NCBI GenBank assembly: GCA_951406725.2
Contig: OX597835.1
Coordinates: forward strand, 28,458,001-28,522,000
Reading direction: 5' to 3'
DNA from: Octopus vulgaris
Lineage: Eukaryota
DNA: 64,000 bases
This document shows positions 25,805 to 39,700 of this stretch, one piece after another. The notes under the pieces are model-generated. The model was not told the DNA's origin. It searched no databases and saw only the letters and a list, made by a program, of their open reading frames with translations. The translations under genes and the position numbers were made by a program. How positions within the stretch are numbered: the first letter of the stretch is position 1; the number at the start of each line of letters is the position of its first letter.

Positions 25805-25855
<51 letters not shown>

Positions 25856-26507
25856 CATCACCGTGACCGACCAGACCATCAGATGTTGCTACACATCGCT
25901 GGTCACAATGCGCTTCGCATTGTTTTAGCCTTCAAATGACGCCACCCCGCTAGCTAAGCGAGCAGGCCAACAGGAGAAAGTTGTGGCGAAAGAGTACAGC
26001 AGGGATTGCCACCACCCCCTGCCGGAGCCTCGTGGAGCTTTTAGGTGTTTTCGCTCAATAAACACTCACAAGGCCCGGTCTGGGAATCGAAACCACGATC
26101 CTACGACTGTGAGTCCGCTGCCCTAACCACTGGGCCATTGCGTTTCCACATATATATATACATACATACATACATATATGGAATTTGCATCATAGAACAA
26201 AGGGTAGCTTGTGAGTTCTTGGGCTCACCACAGATTTAACCCTTTCATTACTGTATTTATTTTGAGATGCTTTATGTTCCAGCCAAAAACGCACCATCCG
26301 ATCGTGGCCGTTTGCCAGCCTCGTCTGGCACCTGTGGCGGTGGCACGTAAAAAGCACCCACTACACTCATGGAGTGGTTGGCATTAGGAAGGGCATCCAG
26401 CCGTAGAAACATTGCCAGATCAGATTGGAGCCTGGTGCAGCCTTCTGGCTTCCCAGACCCCAGTTGAACCGTCCAACCCATGCCAGCATGGAAAGCGGAC
26501 GCTAAAC

Positions 26508-26540
<33 letters not shown>

Positions 26541-29500
26541 TTTAGTAAAATGTCATCGTTATCATTGAGCTAGTGTTAGGAACATAAATTGTGACTCAGA
26601 TTTGGTGGAAGATTTATGAAAACAAGACATTTATAGTAAAGAGCCAGAGCCGGTTTCAGCCAGGTTGGTAATGAAAGGGTTAAACATCTAAATCTAAGTG
26701 TAAATAAGCATATTATTTTTAGGGAGATTTGGCTGCTATTTCTACAAGGTTATTTCATGACCTCTTAGAAACATCCTCATTGCTTTGTAATGTTTGCCAA
26801 TGTTTATCATTATATAACGATGTCTATAAATGAAGCCCTTATTTTAATTTTCAGTGGTCCTGACGTTTGTCAATTGTAAGGATGTGAAGTGGGCCACTCG
26901 TGTACAAGACATCTTCACTTATGCCAAAGTCTTGGCGTTACTGCTCATTATCATCACTGGCTTCGTACAGCTAGCTCGAGGTAGGCAAGCACTTTATATT
27001 TGTCTTTTTGTTGTTGTTGTTGTTGTTGTCTGCGCAATTTATGTCAGCTGAATTTTGCTCACAGATATTCTTTGGTCAACCAGACATAATGAATGAAGAT
27101 ACTTGCCCAAGAGGCCACTCACACTCAGGTTGACATTAGAACAAGTCAGTGTTTGTGATGTGGACTTTAAATCATAAGATCTCAGCTGCTCCCATTAATA
27201 AAGTGAGGATAATTAATAGAAGAAAGCGAGAAGTAAGAAAGTCTAAGTGAAGGTCACTGAGTAATTAATACAACTATTGATTTACTGCATTAATTAGTGT
27301 TGTTAATTTTCGTGCAGCAATACTCAAAGCATTGTACTTAGTGCAACAATGCACAGCAATTACACTGTATAACATTTTTTTTTTTTTTGGTCTTTGGTCA
27401 GTAAATGTTATTTTAATTTAGCTTCTGTCTAGAAATCAAATGAAATGACTAATTCTCTTCTAACTTTGTGTTTGTGACCTGGATTCATCACTGTTTTGAA
27501 ACTGACCGATTTGCCATTACATTTCCGACAGGTTCAGTGCTGTGTTGCTCAAGCAGAAATATCATTGTGGCAAATATTCTGCTCAATATTCTGCGTGGCA
27601 CCTTGGGCAAGTGTTTTCTACTGTAGCCTTGGGCCGACCAAAGCCTTGTGAGTGGATTTAGTAGACGGAAACTGAAAGAAGCCCGTCGTATATATGTATA
27701 TATATATATATGTGTGTGTGCGTGTATGTTTGTGTGTCTGTGTTTGTCCCATCCAACATCGCTTGAGAATCGATGCTGGTGTGTTTTATGTCCCCGTCAC
27801 TTAGCGGTTCGGCAAAAGAGACTGATAGAATAAGTACTGGGCTTACAAAGAATAAGTCCCGGGGTCGAGTTGTTCGATTAAAGGCAGTGCTCCAGCATGG
27901 CCACAGTCAAATGACTCAAACAAGTAAAAGAGAGAGTAAAGAGTAATACTGCGGATTTGCATGTCAGTTGTTTGACCATAACCACTTGAGCATGTCCCTT
28001 AGTGGCTGACATTATGTGCATCTCTGATGATGCGCAGGAGTAGTAGGGCAGCATCATAGCCATGTGTTGAGAGGGATTCTTTGGGGTTTGAATGAGTATT
28101 GTAAGAAAAGCAAAGGCTGAAGGAAACATTAGCCATAATTTCATATTTTCTAGGGTCAGCAAATAAGAAATGACAGTTACTCCCCAAGGACAAAAACCGT
28201 TGTGACCCTAAACTGTTTATAAAAGTTTAGCCAATGTGTATCATTCATTTTTATAATCCTTTAGCATCAAAAACCAGTCCAAAAAGTCTACCTTTTTGGT
28301 GTCCAAACTAGGCAGATCTGGCTTCTCTGACCTACCCAAAAATGTCATTCTAAAAATAAACATGTGTGGTGCAGTATGAAGTTTGCTTTCCAACTACATA
28401 ACTCTGGGTTCAATCTCACTACGTAGCGCCTTGGGCAAGTGTCTTCTATTATAGCCCTGGGTAAGTGGATTTGTAGTCTGAACTGAAAGAAGCCTGATTA
28501 CAAACGGTACCATTCATTTCCAATATTCTGTGGAAACATGTCAAGCAATGGGGAAATATTACCTTTCTTGGAAACAGGTAAGGGTTGGTGAGAGGAAGAG
28601 CATCAAACAGTCGAAAATCAGCTTCAAATAATCTCTGTCTGACCCATTACAGGTATGGAGAAGTGGATGTTAAAACGATAATGATCATGTTAGTCATTGA
28701 AATTTGAAAGTTATGAGATAATGCATAATTAATTGCAAACGATGTGAATAAATAGGTATCGCATTTGACAGAATAGTCTGAATTCTAAAGGATTAAATTA
28801 GCCATACCTAGCTTAAATATTCTACCTGTTTTGTGATCAAGCCAGCTAGATCTGGCCTCTCACACCTACCCTACAATGCCAGTCTACAAATAAGCAGTAC
28901 ATTTGATAGAGTAATTTGGATATAGGCGCAGGACTGGCTGTGTGGTAAGTAGCTTGTTTACCAACCACATGGTTCCGGGTTCATTCCCACTGCGTGGCAC
29001 CTTGGGCAAGTGTCTTCTACTATAGCCTCGGGCCGACCAAAGCCTTGTGAGTGGATTTGGTAGACGGAAACTGAAAGAAGCCCGTCGTATATATGTATAT
29101 ATATGTGTGTGTGTGTGTGTTTGTCCCCCCAACATCGCTTGACAACCGATGCTGGTGTGTTTATGTCCCTGTCACTTAGCGGTTCAGCAAAAGAGACCAA
29201 TAGAATAAGTACTGGGCTTACAAAAGGAATAAGTCCCGGGGTCGAGTTGCTCGATTAAAGGCGGTGCTCCAGCATGGCCACAGTCAAATGACTGAAACAA
29301 GTAAAAGAGTATACTAAAGGGATGAAGTTTGTAGGGGTGTAATTTGAGGGAGGTTTGGTTGATGTATATAGCTGGTCAAAGCAACCACGTGGGTTCCTTT
29401 GGTAGCTCGTTGTTGGTGATGACAGTGATGGCTGAGGTGTTGATTCTTCTTTATTTTCTATTTTTACAAGGAAATTTTGAGTATCTTCAGACTTCATTTG

Positions 29501-29613
29501 AAGACAGTGAAACAGATGTCACGAAAATCGCTCTTGCATTTTATTCTGGTCTTTTTGCTTACAATGGATGGTAAGTAGCACTTTTTGTTATTCATTCCTC
29601 TTTGATTTCTAAT

Positions 29614-29661
<48 letters not shown>

Positions 29662-29670
29662 ATGTATGTA

Positions 29671-29724
<54 letters not shown>

Positions 29725-29732
29725 TATGTATG

Positions 29733-29763
<31 letters not shown>

Positions 29764-29765
29764 GC

Positions 29766-29838
<73 letters not shown>

Positions 29839-29863
29839 CACAGACACATATATATATACATAT

Positions 29864-29894
<31 letters not shown>

Positions 29895-32800
29895 CGTGTG
29901 TGTGTCTGTGTTTGTCTTCCACCATTTCCTGACAACCAGTGCTGTTGCGCTTATGTTCCCACTACTTAGCTGTTTGACAAAAGTGACTGATAGAATAAGT
30001 ACGAGGCTTTAAAGAAAAAAAAAGACAAAAAAAATAACACTGGGGTCAATTCATTTGACTAAAAACACTTCGGTGCTCCAGCATGGCCACAGTCTAGTGA
30101 GTAACAAGTAAAATGTGGAGAGGTAAAGGGTATTTTGTCATACGTAAAAAAGAATTGAATTTCCTCAAATGAGGTGGTGGACACCAACCAGTCATGTCTC
30201 TTCACAATGACTGAAATTGAAGAAGTTGATAATATCTTCCTTTATAAATTGCTTCTTCCTCTCTTTCTCCCCCCTCCCTCTCTATATTTCTCAATTCACT
30301 ATTATCAGCATGACCCTCATGACCACCACCAGTTAATATTTGAGTTATTTCCACTTCAGAAATAGCATTGTATTAGTGTATTAATATCATCATCATCATC
30401 ACCATGTTCACTTTTTTATTACTCACATGAACTTGTTGAAGTGGGTTTTCTTTTTTTCACGCCTGTATATAATCCTGGATCCAGGGCGTAAACTGCTGGC
30501 TTGCTCACCTAGTCAGCTGGGTGAGTCGAAGGCTAACCAGCAACATGTAATATCTGATAGTCTGGCTGGTCCTGTGATCATGTGACATACAGGGTGTCCC
30601 AAAAGTCACTGATGGGTTTCAGCTTTTAATAACTTCCTTAACTTTACAAATAAATGCATGAAATTTTGATACAATATAAAGGACATAATGGAGATTAATA
30701 TGCATGAGTCAAATTTTGCAACACTACTACATCATATATGAAAAATGACATTGCTCAAATGGCAACCGTTTTTGGCTTCGCACACCCATGTTCTTTCCAA
30801 AACTTGCACCATAACACCCTCAAGAGTTACAGACCCCACTTCTCACTTGGCTTGCTGGGTCTTCGCAAGCATGGCATAGCCCTCCCCAACACACACACAC
30901 AAAGTTTCTGTTTACTAAATCCATTCACAAGGTTTGGTTGGCTTGGGGCAATAGCAGAAGTCCCAAGGTGCCATGCAGTTGAATTGAGCCCAGAGCAATG
31001 TGGTTGGGAAGCAAACATCTTGCCACATGACCATGCCTGCACCTGTAGCCACACCAACGTCGCTTCACTGGCACGTGTAAAATGATTCGAGCGAGGTCAT
31101 TGTCAGTACCGCCTGACTGGCACGTAAAAAGCACCCACTACATTCTTGGAGTGGTTGGTGTTAGGAAGGGCATCCAGCTGTAGAAACTCTGCCAGATCAA
31201 GATTGGAGCCTGGTGCAGCCACCTGGCTCGCCATCCCTCAGTCAAAATCGTCCAACCCATGCTAGCATGGAAAGCGGACGTTAAACGATGATGATGATGA
31301 GGATTTGAGGTTCACCTTTTAGTCATTGTGAAGGCATGTGAGTTAGTGGTTAGGATATTTATCTCGCAATCATAAGGCCATGAGTTCGATTCCCAGTGAT
31401 GGATTGTGTCCTTGAGCAAGACTCTTTACTTCACATTGCTTCAGTCTGCTCAGCTGGCAAAAAAATGAGTAGTACCTGTATTTTAAAGGACTGGCCTTGT
31501 TTCATTCTGTGTCATGCTGAATTTTCCTGAGAACTGTGTTAAGGGTATGTGTGTCTGTGGAACACTCAGCCACTCTCTTTACTCTTTTTACTTGTTTCAG
31601 TCATTTGACTGCAGCCATGCTGGAGCACCGCCTTCAATTGAGCAACTCAACCCCGGGACTTATTCTTTTGTAAGCCCAGTACTTATTCTATCGGTCTCTT
31701 TTGCCGAACCGCTAAGTAACGGGGACATAAACACACCAGCATCGGTTGTCAAGCAATGCTAGGGGGACAAACACACACACACGCATATATATATACATAT
31801 ATACAACGGGCTTCTTTCAGTTTCCATTTACCAAATCCACTCACAAGGCTTTGATTGGCCTGAGGTTATAGTAGAAGACACTTGCCCAATGGTGCCACGC
31901 AGTTGCAAGTTAATTTCGCAGACAGGCTGTTCTGTTCATCAGATAAACTGGAACCCTTGCCACCATCACTGACAGAATGCCAGTTTGTCATTCATTGCAA
32001 ATTGAATGACCACATATGAGTTTCCTTCATTTTACTATCACGATCCAGTACCTCGGTACCTTGTTCAGCTTGTTCTTACTTGTTTGTGTCAACTGGGTGC
32101 TATGAAAGCTTTAATGAATTGACGCTATTTCCCCTCTCTCTCTCTTGCTCCATCCCACCCTTCTCTATTGTCGTTAAGCCATTTAAATCTCTACAGTGAA
32201 AAAAAAACGTGTTCAGAAGATCAGAGTATACAAAGGAGCCATGAGAAAATTTGAAACTATCATACGTAACAATAGGAATAGGATTTGCCCACTCTATAGG
32301 AGCAAGTCATGGCACACCATTGAATAGACTAAGAAGAAAATAGAGAAGGCCAACTCATGGTATGACAGCCACAAATACCACAGTGTCATGTTCATCGATA
32401 CCACCCCTAGGGGCGAACTGGTGTACTGCTTTAGAAGGGCCCTAGACAACTTAAGCTAAGAATTAAGGTTGTTGAAAGGCCAGGCAACCCTATCAAATCC
32501 CTAATTGGTAGAACCTAACCATTTAGTGGAACCCCCGGTACTGATAGGAACTGTATTGTGTGTAGATTTTGCCTACAAACAAACTGTTAAGCCAGAAATG
32601 CAGTCTATAGTATAAAATGTATATAGGGACGATGCAGTAACAAGACAATGACATACGTAGGGGAAACAGCATGGAGCATAGGAGAACAGGTAAATGAGCA
32701 TTGGAGGGAACTTAAGGAAGAGAAGAACTCGTCGGTCCTGTACCAGCACACCGAGCAGGAATACGGGGGCTCACTCAACAACATAGAAGTTAAAATCTTG

Positions 32801-33474
32801 TCCACACATAAAACAGACACAACGCTTAGACAAATTACAGAAGCTACACACATAATAGAAGATAAACCTAGCCTGAATAGGAAACTGGAATGGAACACCA
32901 GCACACACCCCGACACACCACAACATATGACAAAATAAGATTCCCATAAACTGATAACAATATGAATAATACAATACACATATAAACAAATGGAATTGAA
33001 TAACTATGTACGTTAACAAAATTAAATTAAATACAAAAAAAAGATAGAATAAAAAAAATAATACGTAGGTATAAACACAGGAACAAAATAAATAAAAACA
33101 AGTTAAACGAACGTGTATAAACAGGGAATACAGATAATATAAGCACTCCCCCACACACACACACACACATGCACTTACTAAACATAGACGCACATAAGGG
33201 TATATGCATGCACAAATAAAGATACTTACAATAGAAATACAAAATACAAAATGGCTGAGCGTTAGTAAGGAAAGACACACAAATAAGAAAGAAGAAAGCA
33301 AAGGAGAAACCACTGATGAGGTCACAGAAGTGTGACAAAATACGATTAGTTTAAAAAATAGAATAAAGCTGAAGCAAATTAACACGAAATATATAGTGCG
33401 TGGGTTATTATTGGCTAAACTGGCAAAATGACCATCCCCAAATACAACAATATAGATTTTACCCTTAATTTTTA

Positions 33475-33515
<41 letters not shown>

Positions 33516-33714
33516 TTATTTTACTCTTTTACTTGTTTCAGTCATTTGACTGTGGCCATGCTGGAGCACAGCCTTTAGTCGAGCAAATCGACCCCAGGAC
33601 TTATTCTTTGTAAGCCTAGTACTTATTCTATCAGTCTCTTGCTGAACTGCTAAATTACGGGTATGTAAACACACTAACATCGGTCGTCAAGCAATGCTAG
33701 GGGGACAAACACAG

Positions 33715-33755
<41 letters not shown>

Positions 33756-36700
33756 CATATATACGACTGGCTTCTTTCAGTTTCCGTCTACCAAATCCAC
33801 TCACAAGGCATTGGTCGGCCCGGGGCTATAGCAGAAGACGCTCGCCCAAGATGCCACGCAGTGGGACTGAACCCGGAACCATGTGGTTGGTTAGCAAGCT
33901 ACTTACCACACAGCCACTCCTGCGCCTATAAAAGATATTTGTATATATTATATACACACAGAAGCACACACACACACAAGCTTCTTTTAGTTTCTATCTG
34001 CCAGCCTACTCACATGGATTTGTTCGGCCAAGACTATAGAAGACACTTTTATCAGCATCATCATCATCGTCATTTAAACGTGCGTTTTACATGCTGGCAT
34101 GGGTTGGACGGTTCGACTGTGATCTGGGAAGCCAGGAGGCTGCACCAGGCTCAAATCTGATCTGGCAGTTTCTACAGCTGAATGCCCTTCCTAATGCCAA
34201 CCACTCTGAGGGTGTAGTGGGTGCTTTTTACAAGCCACCGGCACAGTCGCCAGAGGGTGTTGGCATCGACCACGTTTGGGTATATTTTTTCTTTACCTTA
34301 ATAACTTTTTAAACTCTATTTACAAGTGTTTTTGATTATTTTAATTATATTTTATTTGTTGATTTATTTACTTTCTTTTCTTTTTTTTTCAGGAATTACC
34401 TGAACTTTGTAATTGAAGAACTCAAAGAGCCCTCCAAGTAAGACATTTAGTTCCTGTGGGTTTTGTGAGTTTTATGCTATCTCTAAATTTACTGCTTTAC
34501 TCAGAATCATTAGACTTTCGCACAACTCTTATGTCCGATATCTATGAACGGCATGAAGTGTAAGTGTAGGTATGTTTGTGTAGTATGTATATGGATGTGT
34601 GTATGTTAATGTATTATGCAGACACACACACATACACACATGCATACATACACACAGATACATATGTACATACATACATACATACAATAGGATTCTTATT
34701 TCTTTACTACTGATACAGCTTGGCACCAGTGATATTGCAACTCATTTCTACAGCTGAGTGAACTGGAGCAACGTGAAATAAAGTGTCTTGCTCAAGAACA
34801 CAACACTACCTCATGATAGTGAGCTCGACACTCTAACCACTGAACCATGCGCTTTCACCTTGGTTTGCAATATCTGTACAACACTATAAACGTGTATAAA
34901 TACAAGGTTTTCATCATTTCAGATATGCCTGGGGCATATTCAAACCAATAAAGAAGTCATTCTCTGTGTTCTGTGATGGAGAAAATTTCTTGCTGTAGAC
35001 TAACACCTGAAATCTGCACACAGCGCCCCAGGCATGTTTGATCCGGCAAACAACCTTGTATTTATGTGCATCACTGCTTAGTGCAGTCACAGTGTGTAAA
35101 TGTGTCGGTGTGGAGGCGAAGTGGTCTTAATTAAGAATTTCACTGATCGATGTCATCCCGTTGCCAGTTGAGAAACATTTCTTAGCTTTGGATTGAAAAT
35201 AGGGAAGACATCTGGCGATAGAGAATCTGTCTCAGTAAATTCTGCAAGCTTAGAAAGGTGGGTGTTAAAACGATAAGATTAGTGGTGGTGGCAGCAGTGG
35301 CGATGATAATATATCTATGATTACATTATCTAATGCTTTTTTTTTTTTTTATTATGACATCAGAGAATTTAATGAGATATATTTATTTTATTACCTTTTC
35401 TTTTTTTGATATTTTTTTTTAGTCTGAATTCAATTTTTTCTTTTTTTTTTCTTTGCTAGCTTTGACAAAAAATATAAATTTTCAGAATTATGTAGGTCAG
35501 TTGAAACAGCTGCAAAGGAAATTGTTAATAATTAAATCATATTTTTAAATTAACGAACTGGCAGACTTGTTAGCATGCTGGGCAAAATGCTCAGTAGCCT
35601 TTCATTTGTTTTTGTGTTCTGAGTTCAAGTTCTGTTGAGGTTGATTTTTACCTTTTACCCTTTTGGGGTCAATATAAAATAAGCACCAGTTAAGTGCTGG
35701 GGTCGATGTAATTGACCTGCCCTACCCCTGAAATTGCTGGCCCTGTACCAAAATTTGAAATCAGTGATTAATGCTTAATTTTAAGGCAGCGGAGCTGGCA
35801 GACTCGTTAGCATGCTGGGCAAAATGCTAAGTCGATTTTGTCTGTCTCAACATTCTGAGTTCAAATTTTGCCAAGGTCGACTTCGCCTTTCATCCTTTTG
35901 GAGTTGATAAAATAAGGACCAATTGAAACTAAAACTGCTAGCATGTATAGGTACCTAAATTGAAGACTGTGGGTAATGGCTGAGAAAGGATCTACAGACA
36001 CTGGGACTCACAGATGGGATGATGGAACTGAGACTTCTGGCTGTTTGCTGTGCTTGAAAAGGCATGTCAAGCCAAGTAAAAGCATTGTTGCCCTTGCATA
36101 CAAGCTCGTCCTTTGCAACCCCCTCCAGCTGAGCATCCTTAATGTTGTGTCCTCATAGGTGCTGGTGCCTCATAAAAAGCACCCATGCTGGTGTTGTGTA
36201 AAAGCACCCAGTACACTCTGGAAAGTGGTTGGCATTAGGAAGGGCATGCAGCTGTTGAAACCATACCAAAACAAACAGGGAACCTGAAGAGCCCTTCAGC
36301 AGGTCAGCTCCTGTCAAACCATCCAGTCCATGCCAGAATGGAAAAGGGCCATTAAATGATGATGTTGGTGTTGACAGTGGAACCTCAGTTTACAAATTTA
36401 ATTTGTTCCTGAAGGCTGTTCATCACCTGAAATGTTCATTAATCAAAACTACTTTTCTTATAAGAAATTCAAGAGAAGCCATGGCAAATTTGAGCGGGGA
36501 GGTGCACTAAATGAAAGCTAGACAGCAACAGATGCTCTCTTGCTGATACTCTCAGCTTTTTGCCAGCCATTATTGCCAGCTTGTCTGTTTGTCACCTGAG
36601 ACATTTAATGTTCAAAAAATTGTTCATAAACCAATTTGTTCATGATGAGAATCTTTCATGGTCAAGGGTGGAACATTTATTTTTCTCCATCTGAGCTGAT

Positions 36701-39700
36701 CTGGTGTGAAACAACAACATCATGGAGAAAACAAAATATTCTAATTAATCCATTACACAGTCACAAGCATGACTGTTTGGTAAGAAGTTTGCTTCTCAAC
36801 CACATGGTTCTGGGTTCAGTCCCACTGCATGGCATCTTGGACAGGTGTCTTCTACAACAGCACAAGCTTATCAGGGTGTTTCATACACAGAAACTGAAGG
36901 GAGCCTACCATGTATATATATATGTGTGTATGTGTGTTTGTTTGTTTGTTCCCAACCACTGTTTGACAACCAATGTTGTTTTTTGTTTGTTCCTTCTCGA
37001 GCCATGCCTGGCTCTCATAAGGGCCGGTTTCCTGGTTTCTTGGTGTATAGGTTCCCCACCTGGACGGGACGCCGGTCCGTCGCAGGTGAGCTGCAAGATG
37101 CAGGAGGAAAGAGTGAGAGAAAGTTGTGGCGAAAGAGTCAGCAGAAGTTTCGCCATTACGTGGAGCTTAGGTGTTTCACTCATAAACATACACATTGCCC
37201 GATCTGAGATTCGAACCTGCGAGTCCGCTGCTCTAACCACTAGGCCATGTGCCTCCACACAACGAATGTTGGTGTGTTTATGTCCCTATGACCTAGTGGT
37301 TCAGCAGAAGAGACTGATAAAATAAGTACCAGGCTTAAAAGTATAATTACTGGGGTTGATTTGTTCAACTAAAATTCTTCAATGTGGTGCCCCAGCATGG
37401 CCGCAGTCCAATGGCCGAAACAAGTAAAAAATAAAAGATACACAAGCACACAAACAAACAAAGAATATTAATTAAATGGTATTTTGTTGTCTTGCAGGAA
37501 TCTTCCAAAAGCCATCTGGATTTCCATCATAAGCGTCACCATCATTTATGTGTTCACTAACGTCGCCTACTTCACCACAGTCAGTCCAATGGAGATAAAG
37601 TCTGGAGCCGCTGTGGCTGTGGTAAGTATTTAAGTCCATGTATGAAGTGGGTGGTTCCTGAAAAGTTCCTGGCTTTAAGGGTTTTGCGAAGGGCTTGGCT
37701 GGAGGCCCAACCTTCCAAGTTCTTTCACCAGGTTTAGAAAAACTGAAGGACTACTGCAATTTATGTGTGAATCTGAGAGGGAAATATGTTGAGTAAAATC
37801 ATAATTAACTGATCCTCCTGTATTTTCTTTTACCCAATGTCAGGAACTTTCCAGCTTCCCCTTTTGTTTATAGTAGGTTATCCGGAAAGATCTGAGCATT
37901 TTTTAACATGCAGAAAGGTATATAAATAATTGATCTTTCAATAAATTTTATTCAATGAAATAATTTCCATTATTGTTAATGAGCTTTGCCCATTTATGAA
38001 GCAATTTAAATATTCCATCAGTATAAAATTTGACTGGTTTTGAAGAACAAAAGTTATCTAGATGCATTTTGATTCCATCTAAATCGTTAAATGTTTTTCC
38101 TTGCAATGTGTTCTGTAGAGACAAAAACAAGAGGTAGTTGGATGGTGCAGTATCAGGAGAATATGGTGGATTGGGTAAGAGATCCCAGCCAAGTTATGTA
38201 ACTTTGAGTAGCCAAAGACACGTGGTCAGGCATTATCTTGTTGGAACACTACCCCTTTCCTGTTGGCAATCTCCAGCTTCAGTTCTTTGAGTTTTCGGTT
38301 CAAATTAGCTAGCTCACGATAGTACACATCAAAATTAATGGTCTGGTTTTGTGGGAGAAGCTCATAATAAATAATGCTTTTATGGTCCCACCAAACACAA
38401 AACATTGAACAATGATGATGATGATGATGATTTAACATAATTACTAGAATAACCATGAAATTGAATTTTGAAGTCAAAAGGCTAAACCCATGTAGTGACA
38501 CCATCTTGGAAATCTCCAGCACGCATGCACAGGGTTGGAATCTTCCGGAAGGCCTGCCGGAAGTTCCCTCATGCGCATGCACAGAAAACTAGCAGCAGCG
38601 AAATTCTCTTGTATCTCTCTCTTGGATGCTAGTAGCTGAATGATACAGATGTGTCTCCAGCAGCCCTCTCAAGCTGCTACCTCGTGGCGCATCCCTGCTA
38701 TGCCTGAATGGGCAGGATTGACTCACTCCTCTAGACTACTGCCGATAAGCTCCTAGGTTGCTAATTCACCCACAGGAAGGAATTGTTTATATTCCGAATC
38801 AAAGAATAAATATTTATACTGAGACCTGTTGAGTCAAGTACATGAACATCGAAATAAATATCAATGGAAATAGTAGTTGTGATACCTGTGTCAGTGGCAC
38901 ATAAAAAGCAACATCTGAACGTGGTCGTTGCCAGCGCCGCCTCGACTGGCTTCTGTGCCGGTGGCACATAAAAAGCACCATCCTAACCTGGCCAACGCCA
39001 GCGCCGCCTCGACTGGCTTCTGTGCTGGTAGCACTTAAAAAGCACCATCCGAACGTGGCCGATGCCAGCGCCACCTTGGCTGGCTTCTGTGCCGGTGGCA
39101 CATTAAAAGCACCAACTGATCATGGCTGATGCCAGACTCCCCTGGCACGTATAAAGCACCCACTACACTCGCAGAGTGGTTGGCGTTAGGAAGGGCATCC
39201 AGCTAGATCAGACCGGAGCCTGGTGCAGCCCCTGGCTTCCCAGACCCCGGTCGAACTGTCCACCCGTGCTAGCGCAGAAAACGGACGTTAAACGATGATG
39301 ATGTTGAAGTTAATCGGAAATCTTGACTCTTTCTTCAATTAATATTTGATGTAAAAAGCACCCACTACACTCTTGGAATGGTTGGTGTTAGGAAGATCAA
39401 AATTGGAGCCTGGTGTGGTTGTCTGGTTCGCCAGCCCTCAGTCAAAATCGTCCAACCCATGCTAGCATGGAAAGCGGACGTTAAACGATGATGATGATGA
39501 TGATGATGTAAAAGATGTGAGCAGCACCCATCCAGTGCGGGAATCTCTCATCCTGTTACACCTATAATGTATGATTTGTGTGAGATTTGGCTGGCATTTC
39601 TTGCAAACCAAGTAACCATGACTTAGAAATATGTGTGTGCTGATTCAACAGCTTAACTCTTTTATTGCAGAAAGTAGTTTTATATTGCAAGGAATGTCAT

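Noticed and set aside
29592-29969. Many YI/IY-repeat ORFs here and at 4277, 58753 and 63388
   Set aside because: Translations of (TA)n/(TG)n microsatellites
30495-30545. Possible HDV-like ribozyme (TGCTGG...GGCTAACCAGCA)
   Set aside because: Folds as a simple nested hairpin; I could not place P1, P3 or P1.1
38885-39165. Repeat-spacer appearance (TGGCACGTAAAAAGCACC) suggesting a CRISPR array
   Set aside because: The spacers are homologous to each other, the unit belongs to a dispersed retroposon, the context is a eukaryotic intron and there are no cas genes
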